From: Halieaceae bacterium
GTDB lineage: Bacteria > Pseudomonadota > Gammaproteobacteria > Pseudomonadales > Halieaceae
Direction: 5' to 3'
Length of the DNA: 64,000 bases
Assembly (NCBI GenBank): GCA_038106565.1
Contig: JAYOEE010000004.1
Coordinates: forward strand, 14,633 to 78,632
Shown here: positions 39,175-48,046 of the stretch, piece by piece
Position numbering within the stretch: the stretch's first letter is position 1
Layout: each line of letters begins with the position of its first letter
Notes under the pieces: generated by a model
Databases searched by the model: none
The model's input: the letters and a program-made list of their open reading frames with translations, nothing else
Told to the model about the DNA's origin: nothing
Position numbers and translations under genes: made by a program

Positions 39175-40014
39175 GTGATACGAGTGCCAGCCTGCCTATA
39201 CATTGTTGCCACGCCCATTGGCCATCTGGGTGATATCACTCTCCGCGCTATCGAAACCCTCAGAGATGCAGACTTGGTTGCCGCAGAGGATACTCGGCAT
39301 TCAGAACGCCTACTGCGCCATTTTGATATTGATACGCCTCTGGTCAGCTATCATGATCACAGTGGCGCGAGTGACCTCGACAGGCTATTGCGACATCTCC
39401 GATCTGGCGCGTCACTTGCACTGATCTCAGACGCAGGAACACCGCTGCTTTCAGATCCCGGTTACCGGCTTGTGGAGGCGTGTCATTCAGAGGGTATATC
39501 GGTGACTCCTGTTCCCGGGGCGAGCGCAATGCTGGCGGCTGTGAGCGTGTCAGGTTTGCCAACCGATCGTTTTCATTTCGAGGGCTTTTTGCCGGTAAAG
39601 GCGGGACAGCGTGCGGCGCGCCTGCGCGCCATAAAATTCCTGGAATCAACGCTCGTGATATTTGAATCCCCAAGGCGCTTGCCGAACTCGCTGGCGTCAC
39701 TGCTATCGGAGCTGGGGGATCGAGAGGCAACTCTGTGTCGAGAGCTGACAAAAGCCCATGAGACGGTTCGACGCGATCGGCTATCGGCGTTGCTGGATTG
39801 GGTCGGTGCAGATCCAAATCAACTCCGCGGCGAAGCAGTGCTTCTGGTGAGGGGGTATCAGAGGGAGGCGGGCGACATCAGTCCTGAAGCGACCGTGTGG
39901 TTGGAGAAATTGGCACTAGAGTTGCCGCCGCGCCGCGCTGCCGCGATTGTTGCGGATTTAACCGGTGAGCGAGCCAGAGATCTCTACCAACTGTTGCTGA
40001 GTCGGCAAGCTTAG
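39175..40014 (+). CDS. rsmI: 16S rRNA (cytidine1402-2'-O)-methyltransferase
   Basis: LYIVATPIGHLGDITLRAIETL and DAGTPLLSDPG motifs. GTG start. Confidence 0.92.
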   Translation: MIRVPACLYIVATPIGHLGDITLRAIETLRDADLVAAEDTRHSERLLRHFDIDTPLVSYHDHSGASDLDRLLRHLRSGASLALISDAGTPLLSDPGYRLVEACHSEGISVTPVPGASAMLAAVSVSGLPTDRFHFEGFLPVKAGQRAARLRAIKFLESTLVIFESPRRLPNSLASLLSELGDREATLCRELTKAHETVRRDRLSALLDWVGADPNQLRGEAVLLVRGYQREAGDISPEATVWLEKLALELPPRRAAAIVADLTGERARDLYQLLLSRQA

Positions 40015-40022
40015 ATCTGCGC

Positions 40023-40051
40023 TTGTTTCGGTGCGGTACAGTGGTTAGTCT
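40023..40051 (+). promoter_or_regulatory. candidate sigma-70 promoter of rnpB (TTGTTT-17-TAGTCT)
   Basis: The hexamers place a transcription start about 7 nt downstream, at the predicted P1 5' end of RNase P RNA. Supported by motif only. Confidence 0.35.
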
Positions 40052-40058
40052 TTGGCGC

Positions 40059-40397
40059 GAGTTGGTCGGGCGATCGCTGCCACATCTGTGGCAGAGGAAA
40101 GTCCGGGCTCCAACGGGTCAGGGCGCCAGGTAACACCTGGGGGGCGCGAGCCTACGGAAAGTGCAGCAGAAAGGAAACCGCCTGTTTTCAGGTAAGGGTG
40201 AAAAGGTGCGGTAAGAGCGCACCGCGCGGTTGGTAACAACCGTGGCGATGGTAAACCCCGCCCGGAGCAAGACCAAATAGGGATCCGATGCCGTGACCCT
40301 CGGCGGATTCGGGTAGGTCGCTTGAGGCGAGCGGTGACGCTCGTCCCAGATGAATGATCGTCCTCGACAGAACCCGGCTTACAGACCGACTCACTCT
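40059..40397 (+). ncRNA. rnpB: RNase P RNA, bacterial type A
   Basis: Universally conserved GAGGAAAGTCCGGGCTCC, then GCCAGGTAAC, CAGGTAAGGGTGAAA-GGTGCGGTAAGAGCGCACCGC, AGATGAATGA and ACAGAACCCGGCTTA, all collinear with E. coli M1 RNA. P1 pairs 5' GAGTTGGTC with 3' GACCGACTC. The ends are approximate to within about 5 nt. Confidence 0.93.
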
Positions 40398-40399
40398 AT

Positions 40400-40430
40400 G
40401 CCCCCCGTAAAGGGGGGCTCCTTTATTTTT
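40400..40430 (+). terminator. rho-independent terminator of rnpB
   Basis: GCCCCCC-GTAAA-GGGGGGC stem-loop followed by CTCCTTTATTTTT. Confidence 0.75.
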
Positions 40431-40462
40431 GCGGCCAGACTGGCGGCCGCTGTCTTGACCCC

Positions 40463-40486
40463 TCACGGTGCCTTTCACGGTGCCTT
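40463..40486. repeat. perfect 12-bp tandem direct repeat (TCACGGTGCCTT x2)
   Basis: Read directly. Non-coding, between the rnpB terminator and the AT-rich tract. Confidence 0.95.
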
Positions 40487-40496
40487 CGAGGACCTT

Positions 40497-40556
40497 CATA
40501 TCTATACCAATTAAATTTTAAAAAAAATAAATTAATAATAAAAAAGAATATAATGT
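40497..40556. other. extreme AT-rich tract (about 9% GC) in the rnpB-mraZ spacer
   Basis: Hand count of 5 G/C in the 55 nt from 40501 to 40555, within a window that is otherwise clearly GC-rich. Contains A8, A5 and TAATAATAA runs. Confidence 0.9.
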
Positions 40557-40687
40557 CAGGGAATTCCTGCGAACACGATTTAATAATCTGTTTTATAGAC
40601 TAATTCTTTTGGCAATTGCTGGCCTGCATCCTGGCCTCCAAACCCTTCTAAACCACTGAAAATGCTCGTTTTTTCTTCCACAGGTCG

Positions 40688-40717
40688 TTGACCTCGCCCA
40701 AATCGTGAGCGTATAGT
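40688..40717 (+). promoter_or_regulatory. candidate dcw-cluster promoter Pmra (TTGACC-18-TATAGT)
   Basis: Near-consensus hexamers 72 nt upstream of the mraZ ATG. The position and the overlap with the GTGG repeats mirror E. coli Pmra. Confidence 0.55.
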
Positions 40718-40770
40718 GGCAAATTGTGGAATAAAGTGGGTAATCAGCCCATTTTGTGGGAAAAGTAGGG
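40716..40770 (+). promoter_or_regulatory. 10-bp-phased GTGG direct repeats, probable MraZ operator
   Basis: GTGG occurs at 40716, 40726, 40736 and 40756, and GTAGG at 40766, all in the same 10-bp register. E. coli MraZ binds TGGGN repeats with the same 10-bp period just downstream of Pmra. Confidence 0.5.
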
Positions 40771-40788
40771 GGCTTTGGCCGCGTCGAC

Positions 40789-41241
40789 ATGTTCAGGGGC
40801 GTACAACACATCAATCTGGATGCCAAGGGCAGAATGGCCGTGCCCGCGCGTCAGCGCGAGCTTCTCTCTGTCCTGAGTGACGGTCAGGTGGTCATCACAG
40901 TAGATACCCAATCACCTTGCCTGGCGCTTTACGCCTTGCCCGAGTGGGAGCGAATCGAGCGCGATGTGCAGGCTTTGCCGGCGTTGAATCCCGCAATTAA
41001 ACGCTTTCAGAGGTTGATCCTGGGATACGCAAGTGATTTGCAGCTCGACGGTAATGGACGGGTTCTGTTGCCACCGGCGCTCAGAGAATACGCGCAGCTT
41101 GAAAAGCGCTCTGTGCTCGTGGGTCAGGGGAACAAGTTAGAGCTGTGGTCGGAAGAGTTGTGGCTGAGGGAGTGTGAGGCCGCTCTGATGTCTGACTCCG
41201 ATGGGGAGCTCCCGGCGGAGCTGATGCAGCTCAATCTTTGA
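40789..41241 (+). CDS. mraZ: transcriptional regulator MraZ
   Basis: ATG 40789 gives MFRGVQHINLDAKGRMAVPARQRE, parallel to E. coli MFRGATLVNLDSKGRLSVP. 150 aa with two DxxxR-type halves. Confidence 0.93.
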   Translation: MFRGVQHINLDAKGRMAVPARQRELLSVLSDGQVVITVDTQSPCLALYALPEWERIERDVQALPALNPAIKRFQRLILGYASDLQLDGNGRVLLPPALREYAQLEKRSVLVGQGNKLELWSEELWLRECEAALMSDSDGELPAELMQLNL

Positions 41242-42155
41242 TGAGCCGGGCACATCAACCGGTTTTACTTGAGGAGGCGATTGCAGCATTGATGGTGGCG
41301 GCGGACGGCGCATATGTTGATTGCACTTTTGGGCGGGGAGGCCACAGCTCCCGCATCCTCGAAGCGCTGTCGCCACAGGGTTCTTTGCTTGCCTTGGATC
41401 AGGATCCCGATGCGGCAGAGGCAGCCGCAGCCTTTGCGCAGCGGGACGCGCGATTTCAATTTCAGGCAACGAATTTCCGGTCGCTCGCGGGGTACGTGAA
41501 CCCGGGCAGTTTGCAGGGCGTGTTGCTGGACTTGGGTGTGTCCTCGCCGCAGTTGGATGATCCGACTAGAGGGTTCAGTTTTTCACATGATGGGCCCCTC
41601 GACATGCGCATGGATCCGGCGAAGGGGCAATCGGCGGCCCAGTGGTTGGCAGAGGCTAGTGAGTCGGAAATCAGTGCGGTGCTGCGAGAGTTGGGTGAGG
41701 AGCGTTTTGCCCGACGGATTGCGTCCGCGATTGTGCACGCGAGAGAGACTGCTCCAATAGAGCGGACTGCGCAGCTCGCGGATCTGGTAGCTGCCGCGAA
41801 TCCGCGTTGGGAGCAGCACAAACACCCGGCTACGCGTAGCTTTCAAGCCATCCGGCTTCATGTGAACGGGGAGCTCGATGCACTACGTGAGGTGCTCGAC
41901 GCCATCTTGACTGCACTGGCCCCGGGTGGGCGAATGGTTGTTATCAGCTTTCACTCTCTGGAAGACCGGATAGTGAAGCGCTTTATCCGCGATCAGGCCC
42001 GCGGCAAGCAGTTGCCGCCGGGTGTGCCGGTTCGACATGAGGCGAATCAGGCGGCGTTACGACCTGTCGGAAAAGCCGTCTTCCCGGCAGAGGCTGAAAT
42101 CGCTCGCAACCCGCGATCTCGCTCCGCCATTCTTCGAATCGCGGAGCGCGTCTGA
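41238..42155 (+). CDS. rsmH: 16S rRNA (cytosine1402-N4)-methyltransferase
   Basis: YVDCTFGRGGHS SAM motif and SFHSLEDR. ATGA overlap with mraZ. Confidence 0.95.
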   Translation: MMSRAHQPVLLEEAIAALMVAADGAYVDCTFGRGGHSSRILEALSPQGSLLALDQDPDAAEAAAAFAQRDARFQFQATNFRSLAGYVNPGSLQGVLLDLGVSSPQLDDPTRGFSFSHDGPLDMRMDPAKGQSAAQWLAEASESEISAVLRELGEERFARRIASAIVHARETAPIERTAQLADLVAAANPRWEQHKHPATRSFQAIRLHVNGELDALREVLDAILTALAPGGRMVVISFHSLEDRIVKRFIRDQARGKQLPPGVPVRHEANQAALRPVGKAVFPAEAEIARNPRSRSAILRIAERV

Positions 42156-42436
42156 TGAGGGGCGCGTCTGTGCGATCGATTGCGACCATGGTACTCATCG
42201 TTTGTGGCTTGATGCTGTCGAGTTTGGCCTTGATCGCAAGCACTCACAGCGTTCGCGAAGATTACGCCCGTTTACAGATGCTTGAGCTTGAGCGTTGGCA
42301 GTTGCAGGAGGACTACACGCGGCTGTTGCTGGAAATGAACACATGGGCGGCGCCTCATCGGATTGAGCAACTTGCGGGTGAGCAACTCTCAATGCGCCCA
42401 CCCGATTTAAGCCTCTCAAAGGTGGTTTCCCCGTGA
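42155..42436 (+). CDS. ftsL: cell division protein FtsL
   Basis: 93 aa with a single TM helix followed by a leucine-zipper-like coiled coil. Canonical position. Confidence 0.85.
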   Translation: MRGASVRSIATMVLIVCGLMLSSLALIASTHSVREDYARLQMLELERWQLQEDYTRLLLEMNTWAAPHRIEQLAGEQLSMRPPDLSLSKVVSP

Positions 42437-44154
42437 CTGGCTCGCCGTCAAGCACATTATCTCCCTGGCGTTTCGGCCTGGTATGCGCGTTGCTCGCTGC
42501 ATTGTCCGTGTTGCTGGTCGCACGGCTGCTGACGCTGCAGGTTCTTGAAGGTGGCCGGGGGACTGCTTTTTTAAGGGAGCAAGGGGCCATGCGGGCCGTG
42601 CGAACCGCAGAGATCCCTGTCTACCGCGGATTGATTGAGGACCGTAATGGCACCCCGATTGCAGTGAGTTCTCCGGTGGTTTCTCTCTGGGCAAATCCGC
42701 AGCTGCTGCGCGACAGTCCGAGGCTGGAGGAGCTCGCATCAATGCTGGCGCTTGATGTCAGTGTATTGAGAGAGAAGCTGGCCTTTTACGGCGACAAGCA
42801 GTTTATGTATCTGGCCAGACACCAAACTCCAGATGCGGCACGCCAGATACTGCGGGAGAACTTTCCCGGTGTCAGGGGAGAGCGGGAATATCGCCGCTTT
42901 TACCCCGCCGGTGAGGTGACAGCCCAGTTACTGGGTCTGACAAACGTTGATGGCAGAGGTATTGCTGGCATCGAATTGTCATATGAGGAATGGCTTCGAG
43001 GCTCGCCTGGCAAGAAACGCTTTATCAAGGATCTGCATGGCGAGGCAGTGCGCGACATAGGCGTCATTAAAGAACCCCATCCGGGCCGTAAGCTCACCCT
43101 CAGTGTGGATCTGCGATTGCAGTATGCGCAGCATCGAGAATTACAGCGAGCGATGAAGGAGACCGGTGCCATTGCGGGTTCTGCTGTCACGATAGACGCG
43201 TGGACAGGAGAGGTATTGGCAATCAGCAACTATCCGGTGTTTAACCCAAATAGTCGCGGAGCACTGGATTTTGCTGGCGCGCGCAACCGGGCCGCCACGG
43301 ATGTTTACGAGCCCGGCTCTACGATCAAAACACTCACGCTTGTGGCGGCTCTGGAAAGTGGCCAATTCCAGATAGACAGTTTGATCAATACGTCGCCGGG
43401 CCGGATACGAGTTGGGTCCAAGGTATTACATGATCCCCGCAACTATGGAGAGATGACAGTCTCCGAGGTCATCGAAAAATCGAGTCAGGTAGGCGTTACT
43501 AAAATGGCTCAGTCGGTGGGACACGAGGCGATATTAGACGTTCTGCAGCGGTTTGGTTTGGGCGAGACGACAGGCACCGGTTTTCCGGGCGAGCGCGCTG
43601 GCTTGCTACCGAGTATGTCGCGATGGAGCGACATCGAGAAAGTGACGCTGGCCTTTGGCTATGGTTTGAACACCACTCCGCTGCAGTTGGCGCGTGCATA
43701 CGCGATATTCGCTAATGACGGTATTCGACGTCCCTTAACGTTGTTGAAGCAGGACCCAGAAAACCTGACCGAAGGAGAGCGGGTCATCGATTCTTCGGTT
43801 GCGCAACACGTTATCGAAGTATTACATCGAGTCACAGGCCCTGGCGGCACAGCGACGTTGGCGCAAGTTCCGGGGTTCTCGGTAGGCGGTAAAACCGGCA
43901 CCGTGCACAAAGTTGGAGATGCCGGTTACCTAGACGACCAGTACGTTGCGCTGTTTGTCGGGATTGCGCCGATAGACGCGCCCCGATATGTCACTGCTAT
44001 CTTGGTGGATCAACCTCTGGGCGATCACTACGGCGGTGGGCTAGCCGCGGCCCCGGTTTATTCGCGTATCACCGAGGAAGTGCTTCGCATCCGAAATGCT
44101 CGACCTGAACTGGCCGAGTCGCCGTCATTACTCGCTTCGGTGGTTAACGAGTGA
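42433..44154 (+). CDS. ftsI: peptidoglycan D,D-transpeptidase FtsI (PBP3)
   Basis: N-terminal TM helix plus the SxxK motif (GSTIKT) and the KTGT motif. Confidence 0.95.
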   Translation: MTGSPSSTLSPWRFGLVCALLAALSVLLVARLLTLQVLEGGRGTAFLREQGAMRAVRTAEIPVYRGLIEDRNGTPIAVSSPVVSLWANPQLLRDSPRLEELASMLALDVSVLREKLAFYGDKQFMYLARHQTPDAARQILRENFPGVRGEREYRRFYPAGEVTAQLLGLTNVDGRGIAGIELSYEEWLRGSPGKKRFIKDLHGEAVRDIGVIKEPHPGRKLTLSVDLRLQYAQHRELQRAMKETGAIAGSAVTIDAWTGEVLAISNYPVFNPNSRGALDFAGARNRAATDVYEPGSTIKTLTLVAALESGQFQIDSLINTSPGRIRVGSKVLHDPRNYGEMTVSEVIEKSSQVGVTKMAQSVGHEAILDVLQRFGLGETTGTGFPGERAGLLPSMSRWSDIEKVTLAFGYGLNTTPLQLARAYAIFANDGIRRPLTLLKQDPENLTEGERVIDSSVAQHVIEVLHRVTGPGGTATLAQVPGFSVGGKTGTVHKVGDAGYLDDQYVALFVGIAPIDAPRYVTAILVDQPLGDHYGGGLAAAPVYSRITEEVLRIRNARPELAESPSLLASVVNE

Positions 44155-45596
44155 TGATGGGTCTTCGCGAACTGCTCGCAGATAACGGCGCGCCCGATAT
44201 CGCGGTGGCGGGTATGACGCTTGACAGCCGCTTGATTCGGCCGGGTGATGCCTTTGTTGCAGTCCCCGGGACAAAGGCCGATGGAAGGGAGTTCATACAG
44301 GAGGCCCTCGAGCGGGGTGCCTGCGCGGTACTTGCTGATTCTAGGTGGCACTCAGAAGTGGCGGATCACCGGGTCATCCTCATCGAGGGGCTCAAGGATC
44401 GACTGGGAGCGTTAGCTGATCGGTTTTACCGCTCGCCATCGAAAGATCTGAAGCTACTGTCGGTAACCGGCACTAACGGTAAGACCTCTGTGGTTGAACT
44501 GACGGCGCAGCTGCTTCGAACAACCGGGCGAAAGGCGGGTGTAGTGGGTACGCTGGGCATGAGGTTGGATGAAGCGCCAACAGAGGCGGTCAATACGACT
44601 CCTCATTGCATCGCTTTGCATCAACAATTAAGAGTCTGGCTGGATCAATCTGTCCGCTGGGTGGCCATGGAGGCGTCAAGTCATGCGCTCGATCAGGGGC
44701 GATTGGACGGTCTGGCAATTGATGCTGCCGTATTCACCAATCTGTCTCGGGATCACCTTGATTACCACGTGACGCTAGACGCCTACTTCGCCGCGAAGGT
44801 GAAGCTCTTCCAAGACTTTGCGCCAGGCGTCCAACTTTTTAATGCGGACGACGAGTTTTTGTCTCGCCATAGCGCATTGTGGGGTGAAAACGCGCTGGGT
44901 ATATCCTGCGAGGGGTTGAGTACTGCTGTTCAGGTAAGCGTGACAGCTGTGTCGCCGCTGGCATTTGATCTCCGCACGCCATGGGGCGTAGCGCAAATTA
45001 AGTGCCCCCTCTCCGGGCGATTCAATGCGTTTAATCTGACTGCTGCGATTTGCCTCTTGGCCGCATCTGGCATTTCATTTTCGGAAGTGATCGGTGCGGC
45101 CGAGCAGGTCATGCCGGTGGTCGGGCGCATGCAAAAATTGCAGCATGCCGCCGACGTATCTGTCGTCATTGATTACGCGCATACGCCTGACGCTCTGGAA
45201 CGGGCTCTTTCCACGCTGTCAGAGGGCGGTGTGACGGGTCAGATATGGGTGCTGTTCGGCTGCGGCGGAGATCGCGATCGGGGTAAACGAGCGGAAATGG
45301 GGTCCGTCGCTGCCCGTCTCGCTGATTGCCTCGTGGTGACCAGTGATAACCCCCGGACCGAATCTCCGGACGCCATTATTGAAGACATTATCGCCGGCTG
45401 TGAGCATGCGCCATTACTTGTGGAACCTGACCGCGCCGCCGCAATCGGCCTTGCCATTTCCCGCGCCGCCGCCGGCGATATTGTGCTGATTGCAGGGAAA
45501 GGTCACGAAGCCTATCAAGAGATCGATGGAAAGCGGCACCCATTTTCTGACGAAGCGCACGCGCTGAAACAGCTGGACCTGAGGTTGGCAGCATAA
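44151..45596 (+). CDS. murE: UDP-N-acetylmuramoyl-L-alanyl-D-glutamate--2,6-diaminopimelate ligase
   Basis: GTNGKTS P-loop and the DNPR motif (TSDNPRTE). Confidence 0.95.
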   Translation: MMMGLRELLADNGAPDIAVAGMTLDSRLIRPGDAFVAVPGTKADGREFIQEALERGACAVLADSRWHSEVADHRVILIEGLKDRLGALADRFYRSPSKDLKLLSVTGTNGKTSVVELTAQLLRTTGRKAGVVGTLGMRLDEAPTEAVNTTPHCIALHQQLRVWLDQSVRWVAMEASSHALDQGRLDGLAIDAAVFTNLSRDHLDYHVTLDAYFAAKVKLFQDFAPGVQLFNADDEFLSRHSALWGENALGISCEGLSTAVQVSVTAVSPLAFDLRTPWGVAQIKCPLSGRFNAFNLTAAICLLAASGISFSEVIGAAEQVMPVVGRMQKLQHAADVSVVIDYAHTPDALERALSTLSEGGVTGQIWVLFGCGGDRDRGKRAEMGSVAARLADCLVVTSDNPRTESPDAIIEDIIAGCEHAPLLVEPDRAAAIGLAISRAAAGDIVLIAGKGHEAYQEIDGKRHPFSDEAHALKQLDLRLAA

Positions 45597-46957
45597 TGAT
45601 TTCGGTACCTCTGGAGACATTGGCGCAGCGGACCGGAGGTCATCTGATCGGACCTTCGCTTCTTCTCAACGGTCTGGCTACGGACAGCCGAGAGGTCAGG
45701 GCGGGTGATCTGTTTGCGGCAATAAAAGGCGCGCATGTCGACGGGCATGATTATGCAGTGGCCGCGATGGAGGCGGGAGCGGCAGCGCTTGTCACCGAGC
45801 GACAGCTCGATGGCCTCTCGCCGCAGTTGGTGGTGGCAGACGTGCTGGACGCATCGGGCAGGTTCGCACAATTAAAGAGGCAGTCTTTTAAAGGGACGGT
45901 GGTCGCTGTCACGGGGAGCGCGGGCAAAACTACCACCAAAGATCTGATCGCTGCAGCCTTATCCTCCGCCGGCGCTGTGCACGCGACTGTGGGTAACAAG
46001 AATAATGAGCTAGGCGTGCCGCTGACGCTCGCAAGGCTTGATGCGGGCCATCAGTTTGCCGTGGTCGAGATGGGCGCGGGTCGGCCAGGCGATATCCGTT
46101 ATCTCTGCGAACTGGCCTCGCCCGACGTTGCGGTGTGCCTCAATGCATCTGCTGCGCACCTTGCCAACTACGAAAATATTGATGCCATCGCCAGCACCAA
46201 AGGTGAGATCTTTGAAGGTCTGGGTAATGACGGGCTTGCGGTGATCAACGCTGATCAGCCCTGGCTGGGGCAGTGGCGAGCGCAGGCAGGTAGCGCCAGA
46301 GCAGTCACATTTGGCATCGAATCGGCAGCTGACTATCGAGCGGTTGATATCGAATATCGCGGCCTGTCGGAGATGACGTTTCACCTAGTGACTCCGCTTC
46401 TCTCACTGCCGGTTAGGATGAAGTTGTCGGGTTCACAGCACGTCATGAATGGACTCGCCGCGCTGGCGGTGGCGATCGAATTAGGCGTTGAACCCGAGAC
46501 AGCGGCGGAAGCGGTGGCGCAGATTAAGGCAAGCAGCGGACGGGGTCGGGTTTTGCCAAGTCGCTTCGGCGGACGCGTTGTGGACGACACCTACAATGCC
46601 AATCCCGCTGCCGTTCGCGCAGCGATTGACGCGTTGGTAAGAGAATCGGGGCATCGCGTCTTGATTCTTGGCGCCATGTTGGAACTGGGTGAGACCAGCG
46701 CAAACCTGCATCGTGACATTGGCTGTTATGCGAAGGCGGCGGGTGTCGAGCAACTGATTGTGGTCGGCGATGAGGCGTTACCTGCAGCGGACGGGTTTGG
46801 AACCGAAGCATTCTGGTTCGCGGATCAGGAGGCGCTGGCAAAAGATTTTCCGCGCTTACCTTCCCCTCACACCGTCTGGGTGAAGGCATCCCGCGGCGCC
46901 GCGTTGGAGCGCACGGTCGATTGGTTAGTGTCTGGGGAGGCGGCTGAATCATGCTGA
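45596..46957 (+). CDS. murF: UDP-N-acetylmuramoyl-tripeptide--D-alanyl-D-alanine ligase
   Basis: [10 protein letters not shown]-loop. Canonical position. Confidence 0.95.
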   Translation: MISVPLETLAQRTGGHLIGPSLLLNGLATDSREVRAGDLFAAIKGAHVDGHDYAVAAMEAGAAALVTERQLDGLSPQLVVADVLDASGRFAQLKRQSFKGTVVAVTGSAGKTTTKDLIAAALSSAGAVHATVGNKNNELGVPLTLARLDAGHQFAVVEMGAGRPGDIRYLCELASPDVAVCLNASAAHLANYENIDAIASTKGEIFEGLGNDGLAVINADQPWLGQWRAQAGSARAVTFGIESAADYRAVDIEYRGLSEMTFHLVTPLLSLPVRMKLSGSQHVMNGLAALAVAIELGVEPETAAEAVAQIKASSGRGRVLPSRFGGRVVDDTYNANPAAVRAAIDALVRESGHRVLILGAMLELGETSANLHRDIGCYAKAAGVEQLIVVGDEALPAADGFGTEAFWFADQEALAKDFPRLPSPHTVWVKASRGAALERTVDWLVSGEAAESC

Positions 46958-48033
46958 TGTGGTTGAGTGAGCAGTTGCTTTTTATCGATCCGGGCTTCTC
47001 AGTCTTTCAGTATCTGACGCTCAGGGGGATTCTGGCCGCTTGCACAGCAATGGCTATCTCGATGCTGGTAGGGCCCGTGGTCATCGAGCGTCTGAACGTG
47101 CTACAGATAGGGCAGACCATACGAGAAGAAGGGCCCTCATCTCACCTTCAAAAAGCGGGTACCCCCACAATGGGTGGTGTATTGATTCTGGTAGCCGTGC
47201 TGGGTTCCACCTTGCTGTGGGCGGATTTGGACAGCCGCTACGTTTGGGTGGCATTGCTCACAACCCTTGGTTTTGGCGTCATAGGTTGGGTCGACGATTA
47301 TCGTAAAGTGGTTCGCAGGGACACCCGAGGACTGCCGGCGCGCTGGAAGTACCTATGGCAGTCTCTCTGCGCCTTTGGCCTAGCGTTGTATCTTTTCGAC
47401 ACAGCCGTCCTGCCCGAAGAAACCACGCTGTACGTCCCGTTTTTCAAGGACGTTGCGCTGGCGATGGGCGGGCTATTCGTTCCCCTCTCTTACTTTGTCA
47501 TTGTTGGTGCCAGTAATGCAGTGAACCTGACAGACGGGCTCGATGGCTTGGCGATCTTGCCTACGGTGATGGTGGCAACGGGACTGGGAGTGATCGCCTA
47601 TCTGGCTGGGCACATTCAGTTTGCGGACTACCTCAATATCGCTTACCTGCCGGGTTCGGGCGAGCTGATGGTTTTCTGTGGCGCCATTGCGGGGGCAGGG
47701 CTGGGCTTCCTCTGGTTTAACACCTATCCGGCCATGATATTCATGGGTGATGTGGGAGCGCTGGCGCTTGGCGCCGCTCTGGGCATCGTGGCGGTGATGG
47801 TTCGACACGAAATAGTGCTTTTCATCATGGGCGGGATCTTTGTGTTGGAAACCGTGTCAGTGATGATTCAGGTCGCGTCCTTCAAGCTAACTGGGAAGCG
47901 CGTCTTCAGAATGGCGCCAATCCATCATCACTTTGAACTCAAAGGGTGGCCCGAGCCGCGTGTCATTGTCCGTTTTTGGATTATTACGGTGATGCTCGTG
48001 TTGTTCGGTCTCGCCACGCTTAAGTTGCGTTGA
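46951..48033 (+). CDS. mraY: phospho-N-acetylmuramoyl-pentapeptide transferase
   Basis: 10-TM protein with [13 protein letters not shown] and the PIHHHFE motif. Confidence 0.96.
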   Translation: MLMWLSEQLLFIDPGFSVFQYLTLRGILAACTAMAISMLVGPVVIERLNVLQIGQTIREEGPSSHLQKAGTPTMGGVLILVAVLGSTLLWADLDSRYVWVALLTTLGFGVIGWVDDYRKVVRRDTRGLPARWKYLWQSLCAFGLALYLFDTAVLPEETTLYVPFFKDVALAMGGLFVPLSYFVIVGASNAVNLTDGLDGLAILPTVMVATGLGVIAYLAGHIQFADYLNIAYLPGSGELMVFCGAIAGAGLGFLWFNTYPAMIFMGDVGALALGAALGIVAVMVRHEIVLFIMGGIFVLETVSVMIQVASFKLTGKRVFRMAPIHHHFELKGWPEPRVIVRFWIITVMLVLFGLATLKLR

Positions 48034-48046
48034 GGTGACGTTGACG

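Noticed and set aside
39911-39925. Perfect sigma-54 core match TGGCAC-N5-TTGC (TGGCACTAGAGTTGC) on the plus strand, about 130 nt upstream of rnpB.
   Set aside because: It lies inside the rsmI coding sequence, and the predicted start would be about 120 nt upstream of the mature rnpB 5' end. A plausible sigma-70 promoter sits at the correct distance instead. A 10-nt core is expected by chance at a non-negligible rate in 128 kb of two-strand sequence. I keep it as a calibration point for the 18004 motif.
40188-40499. 103-aa minus-strand ORF, plus the 64-aa ORF at 40045..40239.
   Set aside because: Both lie antisense within the RNase P RNA gene and its terminator. Their sequences are explained fully by rnpB.
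40593-40826. 77-aa minus-strand ORF spanning the mraZ promoter region.
   Set aside because: It overlaps the Pmra hexamers, the GTGG repeat array and the mraZ start. It has no SD and its composition looks like translated non-coding DNA.
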